64,000 nucleotides of DNA from the NCBI GenBank assembly GCA_964016885.1, contig OZ024758.1, positions 4,526,001 through 4,590,000 of the forward strand, given 5' to 3'. The notes below the pieces were generated by a model. It saw only the letters and a list, made by a program, of their open reading frames with translations. It did no database searches and was not told where the DNA came from. The position numbers and the translations under genes were made by a program. This document shows, in pieces, positions 58,667 through 64,000 of the stretch (its first letter is position 1; each line of letters opens with the position of its first letter). Source of the stretch: Eledone cirrhosa (Eukaryota).

Positions 58667-59274
58667 ATAATAATAAATGTGAAGACTACAATTCGAAGAG
58701 GGCTCGATCTTGAAACATATGTAATATGTTATTTAATGTTATGATGCAACACCCAATCGTTGTTCCTTATCTTATTATATGTATATATATATATCCTTAT
58801 GTAATTGACGTTTGAAAGAAATAGTTTTAATGTTCATGTTCTTAAGGGTAAATAGTGAGTATTGTTATTCTGGAGTTTCGCCTGTGTCTCACATGGTCAA
58901 ATGATGATAAAAGGCAAAAGGCCAGAGAAACAAGACTCACTATTTAGCCTCAATGATATTAATCTCTTCTTCACTTCTATCTTTATAAATTCCTTTATAT
59001 CGCTCTCTGTATATATATATATATATATGTATATACCAGAAATATATATATGTATACATACATACATATAAGTATACATACATATATGTATACATACATA
59101 TATGTATACATTCATATATGTATACATACATATATGTATACATTCATATATGTATACATACATATAGGTATACATACATATATGTATACATACATATATG
59201 TATACATACATATATGTATACATTCATATATGTATACATACATATATGTATACATACATATATGTATACATACG

Positions 59275-59313
<39 letters not shown>

Positions 59314-59499
59314 CATGAAAGAAACGAAGATTTCTTCTTCGTAACTCGTGGCATTTGGTAACTGGCATCGAGTATTCCTAAAATAACTTGGAATCAGGGA
59401 TCGGCCGTGTCTCCACCTTTACCTAACAAATGTACTGTGATGACCTATTCACAATATTTTGTATAAGAATTTATAAACCCATTTATATCAGAACATGTT

Positions 59500-60772
<1,273 letters not shown>

Positions 60773-62314
60773 TAAATACACCAGTAACTTTTCTTCTTTA
60801 GTTCCCCTGTTTCTGTTTCTTTGGTTTTATGTTTGTTATTTCAGTTCTGCTTTTATTTATTTTTTGTTACGTTTCAAAATATTGTTAAAACTGGGATCAA
60901 TATATAGAGGTGACTTTGTCAGATGTCGTACTTGATATGTATTCATTGAGTGAACAACACATAATCCTATCAGTCATTTTTGACAACTGTTGTAATCTCC
61001 GACGACAGCTGTTTGTGACAGTTATCGAAAAATAATTCTCAATCATTCCATTCTACGAATTTTCTTCATATTTCTTCTACTTATTTCTTTTCTTGCATTT
61101 TTTTTCTCTTTTTTTTCTTGGATTATATTCTTTCTCTATTATCCTTGTGATGTTGTTATTCTCGCAGTGGGATTTTTGGCTCGTCTCACCTTCATATGTT
61201 GCATTGGTGATTGACTACGTCTTAAGCAAACCCTGCAGTGGAATTTGTTGTATGATTCAGGTGTATTTGCATAACATGATATATACTTGGCCCATCATTA
61301 TTGACTATTATTTTTCCAATCCTTCCATAAGAATATTGCTAAACAATGAAAGAATAAATAGAAAATGCCAATAATATCGGAATCAATTTCGTCTTGAGAG
61401 AAACTAGCTTGAGGATACACTGAGGAAATTAGACATTGGTGAAGCTGATATCACATCCAAAATTGGCGTACTGCAAATCGGTGTTATATAACAATAAATG
61501 TTTAAACATAAGCAAGAATTTGGAGATTAGTTTTGCACTTTACGTTAGCATAAGATAAGAGGAAAATTACCAATAGAATATTTGATAGCAACATACGTAG
61601 TATTAATGTATTTGTGGCATCGTTTTATTATTGATCATGCCGAAAAAGGAGTAATCTACATTACCTCATAATTCGGGTTTGCTAGTTTGGCAGAAAACAC
61701 ATATTCTGTATTTGCTATGTAATTACGTAAGAAACGTAGAAATTGGAAATTGTGATACACAACCGCTCTTAAAGGAATATCCCATTCAACGAGTGAATAC
61801 GTAGCTGTGTGTTAAAGAAGTTTACTTCATGTCCACAGGGTTCTGACTTGGATTATAATGGATCACTTCATGCTCAGGTGTTTTCTAACTTATGGCTCGT
61901 TTTATGAACGCCTTCTTTGTAAAAATCTATTACAAGGTGTACGTATGTATGTATCATTTGTCGATTTATATCGGCGGAGAATATATATAATGTCAGGAAA
62001 ATGGAAATACTGATAGCTTTCAAATGTTGATGGATATTTGTTCTGTTGTGGCCTAAAGACACTACGTTGTTTATTTCTTTGTGAAAGGTTCCGTGAATCA
62101 GTATTTAACCACTGACGCCATCATTCACCAATAGAAATGAATGACATAATAAATGGAATTTACAGTCAAAGAGGAATAATAATTTGTCAGACTATTCCAT
62201 TAGGATCATGTTCTTCCGTAATTTTGTAAATATCTTAGAAAACTTAGGTTCTTCTTGTGTCATAATTTGTCACCAGAGACAATAACTAATTTATTAGTGT
62301 ATATTGTTGATATA

Positions 62315-62363
<49 letters not shown>

Positions 62364-62367
<4 letters not shown>

Positions 62368-62425
62368 AAAAGAGTCAGGACCCCGACGGCTGAGCTCCGG
62401 CAGTTTCGACAACCAGATCGGAACA
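62364..62425 (-). mobile_element. Family E end fragment in (TA)n
   Basis: Minus strand gtcgaaactgccggagctcagccgtcggggtcctgactcttttccta. Confidence 0.6.
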
Positions 62426-62703
62426 TATATATATATATGTGTGTGTGTGTGTTATCTTCACTCGAAGGGAAGCTTTCAAGGCTTTCCTGTTGATTTCCTT
62501 CGAATGAAGCAGTTCTACCCCTGTAGAAGCCATTTCTATATTAAATATTTATATATCCCGATTGAACCTGGGATACATATATATATGTGTATGTATGTAT
62601 GCATGTATGCATGTATGTGTGCGTGTGCGCGCGTGTGTGTGCGTGTGCGTGTGTGCTTACAAGCACGTATTCACTTGTGCACACACATACAGATAGAGAG
62701 TCC

Positions 62704-62801
<98 letters not shown>

Positions 62802-63603
62802 TATTTACAATATCAATATCTTAAAATGCAACAAAACTATGAATTTCCTGCGAAAACAATATAGTACATAATATTGATACTAAGATATCAACTCGGATGA
62901 GATAGAAAATGAGATCAACCTCATTCCCATGTGAACTCAATATTCAAGAACGATATGAAAGGGTTGTACAATATAATAGGCTTGTACCTGGATACGCTTC
63001 CTTTCTAACAACTCACTATTTGTAAAACTAAACTCATATTGAAACATTAGAGAAATTCGCTTGTAAACTAGCAGGTGCAATTGAAATGTCTTTTATATCT
63101 AGTTGTACAGAAAGGTGTACAGAACGGAAAGTTTATTAACTGATTACGGGAACGGATTTCGTTGTAATCCTTGTAAATATCTCTAAAACTGCAGGTGTTA
63201 ATGTCTCGAGACAAAACATGTGAAGAAGTTAAACAAGGGTGAGAACTAGAAACAAACAAGAGATGTAAAGAATAAGCTAAATAAATGGAAACACGTCAGT
63301 AAGAATGTGACAGTAAGAGATAAACGATAGAATATCAGATTCACACGTTGTTATGTAATACAACAATATATCGACGCCATATTTATATCTACCATAAATT
63401 TATTTAACATAGAGAAAGCTATAGATTTATAAAAGACGACATAGGTGTAAATCTTTTTCTTTATTTATCTCTCCCTTTCTTTTTCTACACGTTTCTCTCT
63501 CTCTCCGTCTTTTTACTTATCTTTAACACTATGACTTACTAAAGTAAACAAACCACTATCCTGATGTCTTCCAAAAGTAACGGTCTCATTTTAAAAAGGG
63601 CAC

Positions 63604-63739
63604 GTCAATGTTTATTTAAAAACTGGTATAAATTGTATTTTGTCTGATGAAGGCATACCATAATTTAACTTGGTATCCTTGAAATATGTATAATGAAATA
63701 AATATGGTGTTATAAATATAGTTTCCATTTGTTAATATC

Positions 63740-63740
<1 letters not shown>
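63604..63740 (+). mobile_element. Family A Penelope-like end with hammerhead
   Basis: tattttgt-CTGATGA-agg c atacca taatttaact tggtat cctt-GAAA-tatgta-TA-atgaaata (core at 63644-63650, GAAA at 63681). Confidence 0.7.
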
Positions 63741-63773
<33 letters not shown>

Positions 63774-63923
63774 ATGTCTCTAATGTCATTGGAGAAGGCG
63801 TGACTGCTATATATATATATATATATATATAGTGGTGGAACCCTGGAAGGTAACCTCCGTAGTAGTAGACCACTCAGTCCAAGGGACGAGTTAGGTAGAA
63901 GTGGTTACACAACAGTTAGTTCA

Positions 63924-63979
63924 CCATACCGAGAACAATTGTTTCACCTTCGCGGATCTTCAGCTCGAGATGTGTATGG
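63924..63979 (-). ncRNA. Type-I hammerhead ribozyme motif (family D)
   Basis: Minus strand ccatac-acatct-cgag-CTGAAGA-t cc gcgaa gg t-GAAA-caattg-TT-ctcg-gtatgg. Stem I is bulged (4+6 bp) and the stem III sequence is palindromic. Confidence 0.75.
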
Positions 63980-64000
63980 TTACATATTATGTATATATAT

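Overview
Non-coding, very AT-rich eukaryotic DNA dominated by microsatellites (TA, CA, GA, GATA, TATG, GGT/GTT/TAG) and short transposon remnants. The SINEs resemble coleoid cephalopod, probably octopod, families (recalled resemblance, not a search result). I recognise no protein-coding gene. Nearly all listed ORFs are microsatellite read-throughs. The exceptions are a low-confidence spliced minus-strand gene (about 7.4-11.9 kb) and a mariner transposase C-terminal remnant. About 20 copies of one tRNA-derived SINE are present, plus CORE-type SINEs, Tc1/mariner and hAT MITEs and LINE-like 3' ends. The main hidden structure is a set of 55-460 bp inserts, mostly inside (TA)n runs. They fall into at least five sequence families, each with a complete or partial type-I hammerhead ribozyme fold (CUGANGA...GAAA...UH, short often palindromic stem III), with covariation between copies. 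They share an inverted-end plus tail architecture, and most carry a YYGAGTRCY motif near the 3' end. This fits truncated Penelope-like retroelements (PLEs) or non-autonomous ribozyme retroelements. All alignments and folds were done by eye, so coordinates may be off by a few bases.
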